Shown here one piece after another: positions 29,982-40,044 of a stretch of DNA of 64,000 nt. The position numbers were made by a program, and so were the translations under genes. Source of the DNA: a virus; the IMG/VR virus record IMGVR_UViG_3300025120_000025, positions 38,948 to 102,947 of that record, one strand, 5' to 3'. The stretch's first letter is position 1; each line of letters starts with the position of its first letter. Under the pieces are notes generated by a model. That model saw nothing but the letters and a program-made list of their open reading frames with translations. It searched no databases and had not been told where the DNA came from.

Positions 29982-31180
29982 TGGCAAATCTTAGTATAAA
30001 CGAAATCACTAGAGACAGTAAAGAGTTCCGTTCAGAGTTACTTGTCGATAAGATATTTGAAGTTGGGGGTAACACACCAAACTTTATGACCGACAACGGA
30101 TTAATGAATGCTACTGCTATCGTCTTGAATGGCGTAAAGTATGTTGTAAGCAATCAATACAAAAATAAGAATTATACACAAGACCTTGCAAACAAAATAC
30201 TTGCAATGAAAGGTCAAGGTAGAAACAACTCTGTAGATATCGTTGGCACTTACGCAGGTAATCCTCGTACAGTTACAATTCCTTTAAGTAAAGTAGAAAA
30301 GTCAGAAGAGTTTGGTGGTCAACCAGCAGGTGGTTCAAAAGAAAATAAAGGTCTAAAGTTTGAAAGAGACTTAACTAATCGTATTGCCGAAATGCTTAGA
30401 GGTGAAAAAGTAGATGGTTCTTTTGCTAACGCCGCTAAACATATTATCGAAGTGACATCAAAAAACATGGGGTCTCCTGCAGTCAGTGTAGAACAACTCG
30501 GTGGTCAAAATCAAAGTAGACCATTTGGTTATGCTGGTGGTAAGATTGTAGTGTTACCTGCAAGACATCAAGAGCATGGTGCAAAACTTACAGATGTAGA
30601 TATCACTCATGCGAATGGTCAGAAATCTCACTTATCACTCAAGTTTGGAGGCACACTGACATTTGTTAATACAGGTGTTGCTGGTGCTGGTAAAGCATTT
30701 CCTAAAGCAGAAGTAGAGAGTGGCACAGTAAAAAATGCTATGGGTGTTGCATTACTTAAAGCATTAGGTATTGATAATCCCTCGTTCTGTAATATCTTCA
30801 ATGCTTTTGGTAAAGGTAAACCTGCAGTCACACCAAACATTGTAGATGTATCAAAAAGTGCAGACAGACAACAACTCAAAGCATTGTTAGCAACTGCTAT
30901 GGGTTCTAATTATTATATGGTTCATGGTAAAGAGAATGGGTCGTTAGACTTCTGGTACATGGATCCGGCAATGGTTGATAGAATGTCAACAATCGCAGGC
31001 GCAATCGAATTAACATACGCTGGTCGTAATGGACTAGCAAAACGTCTAGATATGAGATTCGGAAATTCGTTCTTTGAATTTAAACTAAATATAAGAAACA
31101 AACAATCAGGTGTATATCCTTCTCACTTTCTGATGGACTATACCTCTAAATCAGGTCTAAATAAAACGACACTAAGGTAG
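29981..31180 (+). CDS. Hypothetical protein, possible PD-(D/E)XK nuclease
   Basis: NKGLKFE..., TDVDI, HLSLK pattern. Confidence 0.5.
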   Translation: MANLSINEITRDSKEFRSELLVDKIFEVGGNTPNFMTDNGLMNATAIVLNGVKYVVSNQYKNKNYTQDLANKILAMKGQGRNNSVDIVGTYAGNPRTVTIPLSKVEKSEEFGGQPAGGSKENKGLKFERDLTNRIAEMLRGEKVDGSFANAAKHIIEVTSKNMGSPAVSVEQLGGQNQSRPFGYAGGKIVVLPARHQEHGAKLTDVDITHANGQKSHLSLKFGGTLTFVNTGVAGAGKAFPKAEVESGTVKNAMGVALLKALGIDNPSFCNIFNAFGKGKPAVTPNIVDVSKSADRQQLKALLATAMGSNYYMVHGKENGSLDFWYMDPAMVDRMSTIAGAIELTYAGRNGLAKRLDMRFGNSFFEFKLNIRNKQSGVYPSHFLMDYTSKSGLNKTTLR

Positions 31181-31183
31181 AGA

Positions 31184-32425
31184 ATGTTAAATTTTAAACA
31201 ACAAGTAGAACTAGAAGAAAATCGCAATACGCATTTGACGCACATCGAAGAAACTATCATCACAGATGGTTATGCTGGTGCAGTTAATGCTATTGAGTTT
31301 TTGAAATCTGTAGGCGAAATGCTACAAGGTTCTTCTCGTAGTTCAACAAACATCACAACTAAATGGGATGGCGCACCTGCTATATTCTGTGGGATTGATC
31401 CTGAAGATAAGAAATTCTTTGTTGCAACAAAGTCTGTGTTTAATAAGAGTCCAAAGTTAAATAAAACAAATGCAGACATTCGTAAAAATCATAGTGGTGG
31501 TCTTGTAGAAAAGTTAGAAGTTGCACTAAAAGAACTATCAAAGTTAGGAATCAAAGGTGTCATTCAAGGCGACATGATGTATACTAAAAGCGACTTGAAA
31601 TCAATGTCACATGAAGGTGAGAAATATATTACATTTCAACCTAACACAATCGTATATGCAGTACCAGAAGATGGTCCATTTGGTAAGTTTATCAAGAAAA
31701 CTAACATGGGTATTATCTTTCATACGACATACACCGGTAAGAAATTAGAAGATATGAAAGCATCTTTCAATATAAATATTTCTAAGTTAAGAAAGAGCAA
31801 GTCGATTTGGTTTGATGATGCATCATATAAAGATGTATCTGGTTCAGTAACAATGACTTCAAAAGAAACTGATAAACTTAATGGTTATATCAGTCAAATC
31901 GAGAAGTTATCGAAATCAAACAAGTCTTATCTGAATAAGATGAGTGAAAACTTTGATGAAAAGAACCGTTTCTCTGTCTGGACTAATTATAAAACACACC
32001 TGAACACTTACTTTAGAAGTGAAGGTGATTTTCCTGATGCTACTACAGTTGTTAATGAGTTTAGAACTTATTGGCAAACTAAGATGGATAAAGAGATTGA
32101 TAGTAAAAAAACAGAAGCATCTAAAGAAAAGTATCGTGAGATACTTAAAGATGGTATAAATAAGATTGATAGTGCTAAAACTGAATTAGTATCAGTATCA
32201 GAACTATACGTCAATATTATGGAAGCAAAAAATGTGCTAGTGCAGAAGTTGTCTAAAGTTAAATCTATAGGAACTTTCTTGCGAACAGATGATGGATTAA
32301 AGACTACCGAACCTGAGGGGTTTGTAGCAGTTGATAGAATAAAAGGCAACGCAGTGAAACTCGTAAATCGACTAGAATTCAGTCGTGCGAACTTCACCGC
32401 CGCTAAAAATTGGGTGAGCAAATGA
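31184..32425 (+). CDS. DUF6267-like protein with ligase-type nucleotidyltransferase motifs
   Basis: TTKWDG (KxDG), QGD, EGFVA, AVKL. Confidence 0.7.
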   Translation: MLNFKQQVELEENRNTHLTHIEETIITDGYAGAVNAIEFLKSVGEMLQGSSRSSTNITTKWDGAPAIFCGIDPEDKKFFVATKSVFNKSPKLNKTNADIRKNHSGGLVEKLEVALKELSKLGIKGVIQGDMMYTKSDLKSMSHEGEKYITFQPNTIVYAVPEDGPFGKFIKKTNMGIIFHTTYTGKKLEDMKASFNINISKLRKSKSIWFDDASYKDVSGSVTMTSKETDKLNGYISQIEKLSKSNKSYLNKMSENFDEKNRFSVWTNYKTHLNTYFRSEGDFPDATTVVNEFRTYWQTKMDKEIDSKKTEASKEKYREILKDGINKIDSAKTELVSVSELYVNIMEAKNVLVQKLSKVKSIGTFLRTDDGLKTTEPEGFVAVDRIKGNAVKLVNRLEFSRANFTAAKNWVSK

Positions 32426-35289
32426 GTTTAAAATTTACAGACCTTTCTAAAAGGTTACAAGAAGCAAAAGACGATACAGTAGTATTTGCATTTGGTCGAT
32501 TTAATCCACCAACTATAGGTCATGCTAAGTTGTTTAAGAAAGTCGAAGCAGAAGGTAAGAATGCGAAAGACCATTTCGTGTTTGGTAGTCACTCTTTCGA
32601 CAATAAGAAAAACCCCTTAAATCCAAAGTTAAAGCAGAAGGTACTTGCGAAAGCATTTCCTAAGTCTAACGTCAAAATCTCCTCGAAACAGACACCTACT
32701 GCACTACACATTGCTTCAATGCTATATGCACAAGGTAAGTATAAGAACCTTGTTATGGTAGCAGGAAGTGACAGAATTCAAGAGTTTCAAACTCTACTAG
32801 ACAAGTACAATGGTAAATCAGGTAGACACGGAGAATATAATTTCGACACTATCAAAGTTGTATCGTCTGGTGAGAGAGATGCAGATGCTACAGATGATAG
32901 TGGTGCATCAGGTACAAAGATGCGTGAATACGCCGCAAGAAATGACTATGAGAGTTTTGCAAAGTATTCCCCACAGACTTTATCAGATAGAGATGTCAAA
33001 TCAATATTCAACGCAGTTCGCAAAGTTATGCCGAAACTTGATAGAGAAGAGTTTGACCCAATCGACAATGTTCGTGAAGATTATCTATTAGGTAACGTAT
33101 TTCAAATAGGCGACCAAGTATTCGATTTGAACGAGAAGAAACAATATAAGATTATTGAACATGGACCAAATTTTGTATACTGTGAAGGAGAAGATGGCAA
33201 TGTATATACCAAGTGGTTATCCGACATTGGGGACATCAGTGAAGTCAGACAAGACAAAGACGTTAAAGATAAAGAAGGTACTCAACCTGCAAAATACTAC
33301 AAAGGACTCGGAAAAGGAACGAAAGACAAACGTGATGCACACTTTAAAAAGGGCGCAAATAAATCCGACAACGATCCCTCTGCTTACGAACCAGCACCTG
33401 GTGATGCAACTGCAAAGACAAAACCTTCAAAGCACACGAAAAAATTCAAGCAAATGTTCGGAGAAGTACGAACAACAGAAGACAAACACTCTAGGTCTGA
33501 TAGTAAATCAGTTAGCGTAGAAGACCTCAATCATTATCCCGGTATGGTAGATGGTGCAAAGTCTAAGAATCCAGATGACTTTGTTGCTGGTGATCCTGAT
33601 GCTGATTATACTGCTCAAGGTTTCGATGGATCGAATGCAAAAGAGATACTTGACAAACTGAACAAACAAGTTGAAAAAGAACGTGGACTTACACTTAAAA
33701 GTTTTATTGATAGACAAGAAATCTTAGAAGGAACACCAGCACAACAAGCGGCGATTGCAATCGCTAAGAAGAAGTCTGGTAAATACGATGAAGATGGTAA
33801 ACGCAAAGACGAAGGATTGTGGGATAACATCAGAAAGAAAAAAGAAAGAATTAAACAAGGTTCTGGCGAAAAGATGAGAAGTAAAGGTGACAAAGGCGCA
33901 CCGACACCTGACCAAATAGCGAGAGCAAGTGAGAGTTATGAAATAGGTAAAGACTATGCAGACCATACAAAAGAAGTAACACCTGGACAGTCTGTAGATG
34001 AAAGAGACTTCAAGACAGATAGAAAACTGAAGAACTTAAAGACGTTCATTGGTAAGTCTTCAGCAGGAGATAGTGCATCTAGAGCAAAGAAAAGAAAAGC
34101 ACAAAGAAGTGGCACATCACTTGCCGCTGGTGTTAAAACTGCAACAAATGCATTTAATCGTCAAATAAGTAAATCACAAAAAATCGCCTCTGATGCCGCC
34201 AGCGAAGAAGTTGAAGAGTGGAACATTGATTTATTTTTAGAAGAAGTAGATGACGCACCAATCAAGAACAATGATGGTGAAGATGAAGATTACGAAGCAT
34301 CATTAGAAAAGATGATTGATGCATACGATGAGTTAGAAGATGTTGCAGATTTATATCCTGATTTAGATAATGATGGTGACCATGATGATGAAGATATGAA
34401 ACTTCAGATAACTAAAGATGCTGAAGAGATGGGTCAAATCGAAGATAACTACAAATGGGTAGATGAAGTACTAACACCAGCACAAAGATTTAAACGTGCC
34501 CAAGCAATGCGTAGAGTAAAAGGTAAGATTGCAAGAGCAAGAATGATTGCCCTAAAGAGACCATCTAGTCCTGAGAAATTAAATCAGAAAGCACAACGTC
34601 ACGCACGAAATTTAATGCGTAAAAAATTCATCAAAGGTCGTAACTATGCAGATTTAAGTTTTGCTGAAAAAGGTGCGATTGAAAAGAGACTACAAGGTAA
34701 GTCAAGTCTTATTGCTCGTATTGCAATGAGAGTGAAACCTAAACTCAAGAAGTTAGAACAACTAAGATTAAAGAATATGAACAAGACAAAAGCACAAAGC
34801 GAAAGCATTGAGTTAGAGTCCGCATTGATTGAGAGTAATCAGTATCGTGTTGGTTCAGAGATGTACTACGAGACTTTCAATGATTGGAAGAATACTGTAG
34901 ACCGGTCAAACTTAGATTACTTTGATAAAGAACTATTAGATTCCGATATAGGATCACACGCATTATATGAAGGTAATCATGTTCCTTTAGATTGTCCTAT
35001 GATGGAAGAAGAGAAACAACCAGAACTAAACAAACCTAAAGCAGGTGGTACGAAGAAGTATTATGTGTATGTAAAAGACCCTAAGTCCGGTAATGTTAAA
35101 AAAGTATCATGGGGCGATACAACAGGTCTCAAGATTAAATTAAATGATCCAGAAGCAAGAAAGTCTTTCGCCGCACGACATAAGTGTGACACTAAGAAAG
35201 ATAAAACGAAACCTGGATATTGGGCGTGTCGTATGCCATACTTTGCAAAGCAGTTAGGATTATCTGGTGGCGGAAACTACTTCTGGTAA
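32422..35289 (+). CDS. Cytidylyl/NMNAT-like nucleotidyltransferase followed by many short modules
   Basis: FGRFNPPTIGH, VAGSDR, SGTKMR in the first ~210 aa; C-term ARKSFAARHKC..GYWAC module. Confidence 0.8.
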   Translation: MSLKFTDLSKRLQEAKDDTVVFAFGRFNPPTIGHAKLFKKVEAEGKNAKDHFVFGSHSFDNKKNPLNPKLKQKVLAKAFPKSNVKISSKQTPTALHIASMLYAQGKYKNLVMVAGSDRIQEFQTLLDKYNGKSGRHGEYNFDTIKVVSSGERDADATDDSGASGTKMREYAARNDYESFAKYSPQTLSDRDVKSIFNAVRKVMPKLDREEFDPIDNVREDYLLGNVFQIGDQVFDLNEKKQYKIIEHGPNFVYCEGEDGNVYTKWLSDIGDISEVRQDKDVKDKEGTQPAKYYKGLGKGTKDKRDAHFKKGANKSDNDPSAYEPAPGDATAKTKPSKHTKKFKQMFGEVRTTEDKHSRSDSKSVSVEDLNHYPGMVDGAKSKNPDDFVAGDPDADYTAQGFDGSNAKEILDKLNKQVEKERGLTLKSFIDRQEILEGTPAQQAAIAIAKKKSGKYDEDGKRKDEGLWDNIRKKKERIKQGSGEKMRSKGDKGAPTPDQIARASESYEIGKDYADHTKEVTPGQSVDERDFKTDRKLKNLKTFIGKSSAGDSASRAKKRKAQRSGTSLAAGVKTATNAFNRQISKSQKIASDAASEEVEEWNIDLFLEEVDDAPIKNNDGEDEDYEASLEKMIDAYDELEDVADLYPDLDNDGDHDDEDMKLQITKDAEEMGQIEDNYKWVDEVLTPAQRFKRAQAMRRVKGKIARARMIALKRPSSPEKLNQKAQRHARNLMRKKFIKGRNYADLSFAEKGAIEKRLQGKSSLIARIAMRVKPKLKKLEQLRLKNMNKTKAQSESIELESALIESNQYRVGSEMYYETFNDWKNTVDRSNLDYFDKELLDSDIGSHALYEGNHVPLDCPMMEEEKQPELNKPKAGGTKKYYVYVKDPKSGNVKKVSWGDTTGLKIKLNDPEARKSFAARHKCDTKKDKTKPGYWACRMPYFAKQLGLSGGGNYFW

Positions 35290-35539
35290 ACCCTACGAAC
35301 AGACTGATGATGTGCGAACTTTTTATAGTACAGTAGCACATCAAGACTTGGTTTGGCATAGAGATAAATACTATAGAGAGATTACTATATTAGAAGGTAA
35401 TGATTGGCAATTACAATTAGATAATGAATTGCCTGTGACACTAGAAAAAGGTAAGATATATCAGATACCAGCAATGGAGTATCACAGAGTAATAAAAGGT
35501 GAAGGCAACCTTAAAATAAAGATTTGGGAAGAGAAATGA
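35267..35539 (+). CDS. Small cupin protein
   Basis: LVWHRD, WQLQLDNELP, YHRVIKG. Confidence 0.75.
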   Translation: MAETTSGKPYEQTDDVRTFYSTVAHQDLVWHRDKYYREITILEGNDWQLQLDNELPVTLEKGKIYQIPAMEYHRVIKGEGNLKIKIWEEK

Positions 35540-36084
35540 CAGATATTAGAAAAAGCATGAGAACAGTTCTTGAAGAAATAAATGCTTCATCACTTGACGC
35601 ATTATGCGAAAAGTTAATGGGACTTGAAGAGAACGCAAAAGCATTAAAAAACAAAGCAGATAAGTCTGGTATGCCCTTAGGTATTTTGAAACAAGTATTT
35701 AAGAGAGGCGTTGCCGCTTGGAAAGGCGGACACAGACCAGGAACGAATCCTCAACAATGGGGTCTTGCTAGAGTTAATTCATTTGTCACTAAATCTAGTG
35801 GAACATGGGGTAAAGCAGACGCAGACCTTGCCGCTAAAGTCAAAGGTAAGAGCGAAGAGTTTGTAAAAGAAGACGGACACACTGATGTAGCATCTGCAAA
35901 AAATCAAGTACAGATTGCTATGTCTGCACTAGAAAAGATGCAAACTGAATTAGATAAATTAGGTGAGGAAGAAGAACTACCTACTTGGTGGACTAATAAA
36001 GTCGCAGTAGCAGTAGATAAACTAGATGGTTCTGCGGATTATCTAGACACTAAAGTAGAAAAAAAGGAGAATAACAATGAGTAA
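35536..36084 (+). CDS. Modular protein (DUF5824-like module)
   Basis: LKQVFKRGVAAW.GGHRPG..PQQWGLARVNSF; DGHTDV module. Confidence 0.7.
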   Translation: MTDIRKSMRTVLEEINASSLDALCEKLMGLEENAKALKNKADKSGMPLGILKQVFKRGVAAWKGGHRPGTNPQQWGLARVNSFVTKSSGTWGKADADLAAKVKGKSEEFVKEDGHTDVASAKNQVQIAMSALEKMQTELDKLGEEEELPTWWTNKVAVAVDKLDGSADYLDTKVEKKENNNE

Positions 36085-36334
36085 TGCACGATTAGTTTTT
36101 GGTCCAAATCCATTTGATTTGACTGAGAACGGAGATAAAAACATCGGAAGTTTTGTCGATGAAGCAAGAAGTAGAGAAGAAGTTAAGTTTGAAGATAAAG
36201 ATTATCAAGCATTCTTTCAGAAGTCACTAAAGAAGTTCGGTGTTAGTTCACCAGCAGAACTTAAAGGTGGCGACAAGAAAAAATTCTACGACTATATTGA
36301 TGCCAATTGGACTGCAGACAAAGAAACTGACTAG
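36077..36334 (+). CDS. Hypothetical protein
   Basis: YQAFF..LKKFGV.SP.EL module; AGGAG RBS. Confidence 0.7.
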   Translation: MSNARLVFGPNPFDLTENGDKNIGSFVDEARSREEVKFEDKDYQAFFQKSLKKFGVSSPAELKGGDKKKFYDYIDANWTADKETD

Positions 36335-36363
36335 TACAGTCATTTTCTAGTCAGGTACAGACC

Positions 36364-36612
36364 ATGGCGAAGATATTTCAAAAGGACGATGTTCCGAAGA
36401 TAGAAGATTTGTGGTTTAACTTTATTAAAAAAACTAGAGATTTAGGTCTTGACTTTTGTGATAAATCTGTTATAATAGAATTGAAGTTGAAAGATACACC
36501 CGACCATGAGATAACCAATAGGTTACAGTGTTCGTTTGTTGATAGCAACAGAGAAACTACTATGAAAGTAAGTCACAACATTAAAGATAAACCAAAAGAG
36601 GACGTAGAATAA
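36364..36612 (+). CDS. Hypothetical protein
   Basis: ORF filling the gap; AGGT RBS. Confidence 0.55.
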   Translation: MAKIFQKDDVPKIEDLWFNFIKKTRDLGLDFCDKSVIIELKLKDTPDHEITNRLQCSFVDSNRETTMKVSHNIKDKPKEDVE

Positions 36613-36616
36613 TAGA

Positions 36617-37138
36617 ATGACATTATCACTAAAACAATTTGAAGCGAGAGGTCAAGCAAGAATATACTTAGACATGGACGGAGTACTTTGTGACTTCATC
36701 AAAGGTGTCAAGGATACGACTGGTATTGACTTCACATCACCTGACTTGAATAGCAAAGAAAAAGGTAAGATTAAGCAACAAATTGAAGATAAAGGTGATT
36801 TCTGGCATAATCTACAATGGCAACCTGGAGGTCAAGAACTTTTCAGATATGTCAAATCTTCTCAACCTCATATTCTATCTGCATATGCTCAGTGGGATAA
36901 AAATTGTCGAGACGGTAAGAAGTCGTGGATAAAGCGATACTTAATGATACCGAAACAACGTATTAATCTTGTTCTTAGAGAAGACAAGCAGAAATACGCT
37001 ACGATAGATGGTGTTCAAAACATATTGATTGATGACTATCTCAAAAACATTAAACAATGGGAAGCAAAAGGTGGTATAGGAATACACCATATCAACGCAC
37101 GAACTAGTATAAATAGTCTAAAGAAACTAGGTTTCTAA
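36617..37138 (+). CDS. HAD-family 5'(3')-nucleotidase-like phosphatase
   Basis: YLDMDGVL, ILS, K, LIDD, W..KGG.GI. Confidence 0.88.
   Translation: MTLSLKQFEARGQARIYLDMDGVLCDFIKGVKDTTGIDFTSPDLNSKEKGKIKQQIEDKGDFWHNLQWQPGGQELFRYVKSSQPHILSAYAQWDKNCRDGKKSWIKRYLMIPKQRINLVLREDKQKYATIDGVQNILIDDYLKNIKQWEAKGGIGIHHINARTSINSLKKLGF
37108..37115 (+). promoter_or_regulatory. Late promoter
   Basis: TATAAATA. Confidence 0.8.
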
Positions 37139-37164
37139 GATTAAATTTTAAAAGGAGAAATAAT

Positions 37165-38196
37165 ATGTCTTCATGGGGCGCAACTGATGCAGACGAAGCA
37201 AAACCTAAGTGGTTATCTGCATCTGAAAAAACGAATACATACGCAACTGAGAAAGGTTGGGTATTTAAGAATGGACAAGGGCAAGAAGAAATTCTAGTCG
37301 CTATTGGTAACTTGAGTTCTAAACTGAACGTACCAGATGTGACTGCAATGAACTTTGTGACTGGTCCTCTTGTAAATGGTTCAAGAACTATCACTGTAGA
37401 TGTAACATTCAACGAACAAGTTATTGTTACAGGTACACCTCGGATTACAGTTGCTAACGGCAACCAATCAACTGATGGCGATGGTAACTATACACTAGAC
37501 TACGCAAGTGGTACTGGTACTAACAAGTTGAGATTTTCTAAAGCATCTCAAACAGTATCAACAAATGACGTTCATACAATCGGTGGTGGTTCATCTGCCG
37601 CTATTACATTGAACAGTGGTACTATTAAAGATACAAAGAATGACTTAGTAGCATCAATTACTGTTGCAACTGCAACTGCTGGTTCAACTACATTTCCAAC
37701 TGCCGCAGTAGCGACTGTTGGTGAAGCACCTGCAACTGTAGCAACTGTAAATACACTTGTTGCGAAAGTCTTTAGTGCCGCTGTTACCGCAGGTGGTACT
37801 GGTTATTCAGTAGGACAAGAAATTACTATCGCAAGTAGTTTCGGTACTGGTACTGACGCAGTACTAACTATCGCTTCTGTTGCCGGTGGTGCCGTAACTG
37901 GTGTCACAGTGAAACCTGCCGCACCTGGTGTGTACTCTGCAATCGCAGGTGGTGTAGTAAATATCGGTCAACAATCAGTATCCGCTGGTTCTGGTTCTGG
38001 TGCAACATTTAACTTGACACTTGCTGTCGCTTCACTCGCAGTGAACGCCGCTGGTGCTGGTTATAACGTAGCACCTGCAATTAACCTTTCAGGTACAGGA
38101 CTTACTCAATCTGCAACTGCAGTAATGGGTGGACAACCTGTAGCACTCGCAACAACTGGTGCCGCCGCAGTAACACAAACTGTAGTCGCATCTTAA
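37165..38196 (+). CDS. Virion structural protein (A/G/T/V-rich, fibre/decoration-like)
   Basis: Late promoter; YASGTGTNKL.F Ig-like motif, GGTGY repeats. Confidence 0.7.
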   Translation: MSSWGATDADEAKPKWLSASEKTNTYATEKGWVFKNGQGQEEILVAIGNLSSKLNVPDVTAMNFVTGPLVNGSRTITVDVTFNEQVIVTGTPRITVANGNQSTDGDGNYTLDYASGTGTNKLRFSKASQTVSTNDVHTIGGGSSAAITLNSGTIKDTKNDLVASITVATATAGSTTFPTAAVATVGEAPATVATVNTLVAKVFSAAVTAGGTGYSVGQEITIASSFGTGTDAVLTIASVAGGAVTGVTVKPAAPGVYSAIAGGVVNIGQQSVSAGSGSGATFNLTLAVASLAVNAAGAGYNVAPAINLSGTGLTQSATAVMGGQPVALATTGAAAVTQTVVAS

Positions 38197-38200
38197 TAAT

Positions 38201-38228
38201 AGGGGTGCCATTAAGTCGGCGCCCCCCT
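38201..38228 (+). terminator. GC-rich stem-loop (no U tract; terminator or stabiliser)
   Basis: ggggtgcc-attaagtc-ggcgcccc. Confidence 0.5.
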
Positions 38229-38290
38229 AGAAAAGTCTATGTCTTGGAATAAAGCATAGAGTGAAAATAACTGCAAAATAGGAGACTAAC

Positions 38291-38755
38291 ATGGCAGACC
38301 AAAAAATCTCAGAACTAACCGCCGCAACAACTGGCGCAAGTGCTGACTTACTTCATGTCGTACAAGGTGGTACGAACAAAAAACTAACAGTTCAAAACTT
38401 GTTAGAGAACATCGCTGGTAACGTCAAAGTTGACGGATTTCTAGCATTCGATGCAACACCAGAAGCAATTACTGCCGCTGGTTCTGCAATCGCTATTAAC
38501 GTAACTTCAGCAATGAGTAACATTACTTCAACTGGTGCAACTACTGGTGGTAATACACTTACTCTTGCAAACGGAGTACAAGGTCAAATCAAAATCATTA
38601 CTATGATTGTTGATGGTGGTGATGTTGATGTAACACCTGCCGCTTTCACGAATGGCACTAAGTTGACATTTGATGCCGCTGGCGAAGCAACGACATTAAT
38701 TTTTAACAATTCGTCTTGGCAAATTTTGGCAAATAATGGCGCAACTGTAGCATAA
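38291..38755 (+). CDS. Probable structural protein
   Basis: MADQKISEL start, TLANG..GQIKII. Confidence 0.7.
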   Translation: MADQKISELTAATTGASADLLHVVQGGTNKKLTVQNLLENIAGNVKVDGFLAFDATPEAITAAGSAIAINVTSAMSNITSTGATTGGNTLTLANGVQGQIKIITMIVDGGDVDVTPAAFTNGTKLTFDAAGEATTLIFNNSSWQILANNGATVA

Positions 38756-38767
38756 TAGGAGAGTGGT

Positions 38768-39658
38768 ATGAAATCATTTAAACAACACCTAGAAGAAAGC
38801 ACAGTCAATACAGTCATTGAAATGAATGACAAAGATTTTGATAATCTTCTTGATAATCTTTCAGAACAAGAACTGACAGAAGTTGAAGAAGGTATTATCG
38901 GTGCTATCGCTAAAGGTGTCAAAAAGGTGGGTTCTGCCGCTGTATCTGGTGTAAAGAAAGTTGCAAATAGAGTATCAACTTCTGGACGTGCAGATGCCGC
39001 TCAAGCAAAACTTGCTAAAATTCAAAAGAAGAAAGCAGACGTTCAGCGTCTTGCTAAAGCAAAAACAGATATCGCAAAAGCAAAGTCTGAAGCAGTAGAC
39101 ACACCCAAATATCCTCACATGATGTATGATCCAAAGACCGGTAAAGGTTACGAAGCAAAAGATGAAGCAGAGCATGATAAGTATGCGAAGATGGGTTACA
39201 CACACGATAAACCTGAAGTAAAAGAAAGCAAAAATATTGTTGATACAATCACACAAGTTGTATCACCTGTACTTGCTGAAGATGGTTATTCGCAGAATTC
39301 AACTGGTGATGGTACTGACTTAGCACTAAACGATATTAAAAATGCTGAACATCTAAAACAACTGAATGCTCATGTTGGCATGATTGGTTGTAGAGAATAT
39401 GTGAATCCAAAAGGTGCTTTACTTCAACTACAAGGTAAATTAGCAACGATTGGACTATCTTTTGATATTCCTGCAATGACTGAAGATAAAGGCGTTGACA
39501 AGATGCCACTAAAACAATTTGGTGGTATTACAGGTAAGAGTGTAACAACTCCTATCGATGAATTAGATAATGACAATTATGCCGAAGGTCTTTCACTGCA
39601 GATTGAGTATGAAACACTCAAAACTGGAATGACAAAAGTATACTGTAAAATCGTTTAA
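38768..39658 (+). CDS. Probable internal head protein
   Basis: MKSFKQHLEE resembles the T4 internal-protein capsid-targeting sequence. Confidence 0.6.
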   Translation: MKSFKQHLEESTVNTVIEMNDKDFDNLLDNLSEQELTEVEEGIIGAIAKGVKKVGSAAVSGVKKVANRVSTSGRADAAQAKLAKIQKKKADVQRLAKAKTDIAKAKSEAVDTPKYPHMMYDPKTGKGYEAKDEAEHDKYAKMGYTHDKPEVKESKNIVDTITQVVSPVLAEDGYSQNSTGDGTDLALNDIKNAEHLKQLNAHVGMIGCREYVNPKGALLQLQGKLATIGLSFDIPAMTEDKGVDKMPLKQFGGITGKSVTTPIDELDNDNYAEGLSLQIEYETLKTGMTKVYCKIV

Positions 39659-39678
39659 CTTTACATTATAAGTATATT

Positions 39679-40044
39679 ATGATGGATGTTGAATTGACAA
39701 ATAAAAATTTCTTGGTCTATGCAATGAAGGCGTATAATAACCCTAATTGCATGGACCTCGATGAGTTTCAAGAAGACTTGAAACGTATTAAGTATATTAA
39801 AAGATTGTTCAAAAAGTATCTAGATACTGATAGTTTGAGAACAAGATTGATTATAAATCATATAATCGTTCTATATAATGTATTTGGACCTGAAGCAACG
39901 AAGAAGATGCTCTTTTTCAAAGTTGAAGACAATATGCTAATTACATTGAAAACATTTCTTGTATTCTTGAATTATATGCGTGATGATGAATATACTGATA
40001 TACAACTGGACCAAAGAATAGTTCAAGAACTGAGAGATTTGTAA
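39679..40044 (+). CDS. T4-like hypothetical protein
   Basis: Y.NP.C, EDLKRIKYIKRL, RLIINHII.LYNVFG. Confidence 0.8.
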   Translation: MMDVELTNKNFLVYAMKAYNNPNCMDLDEFQEDLKRIKYIKRLFKKYLDTDSLRTRLIINHIIVLYNVFGPEATKKMLFFKVEDNMLITLKTFLVFLNYMRDDEYTDIQLDQRIVQELRDL

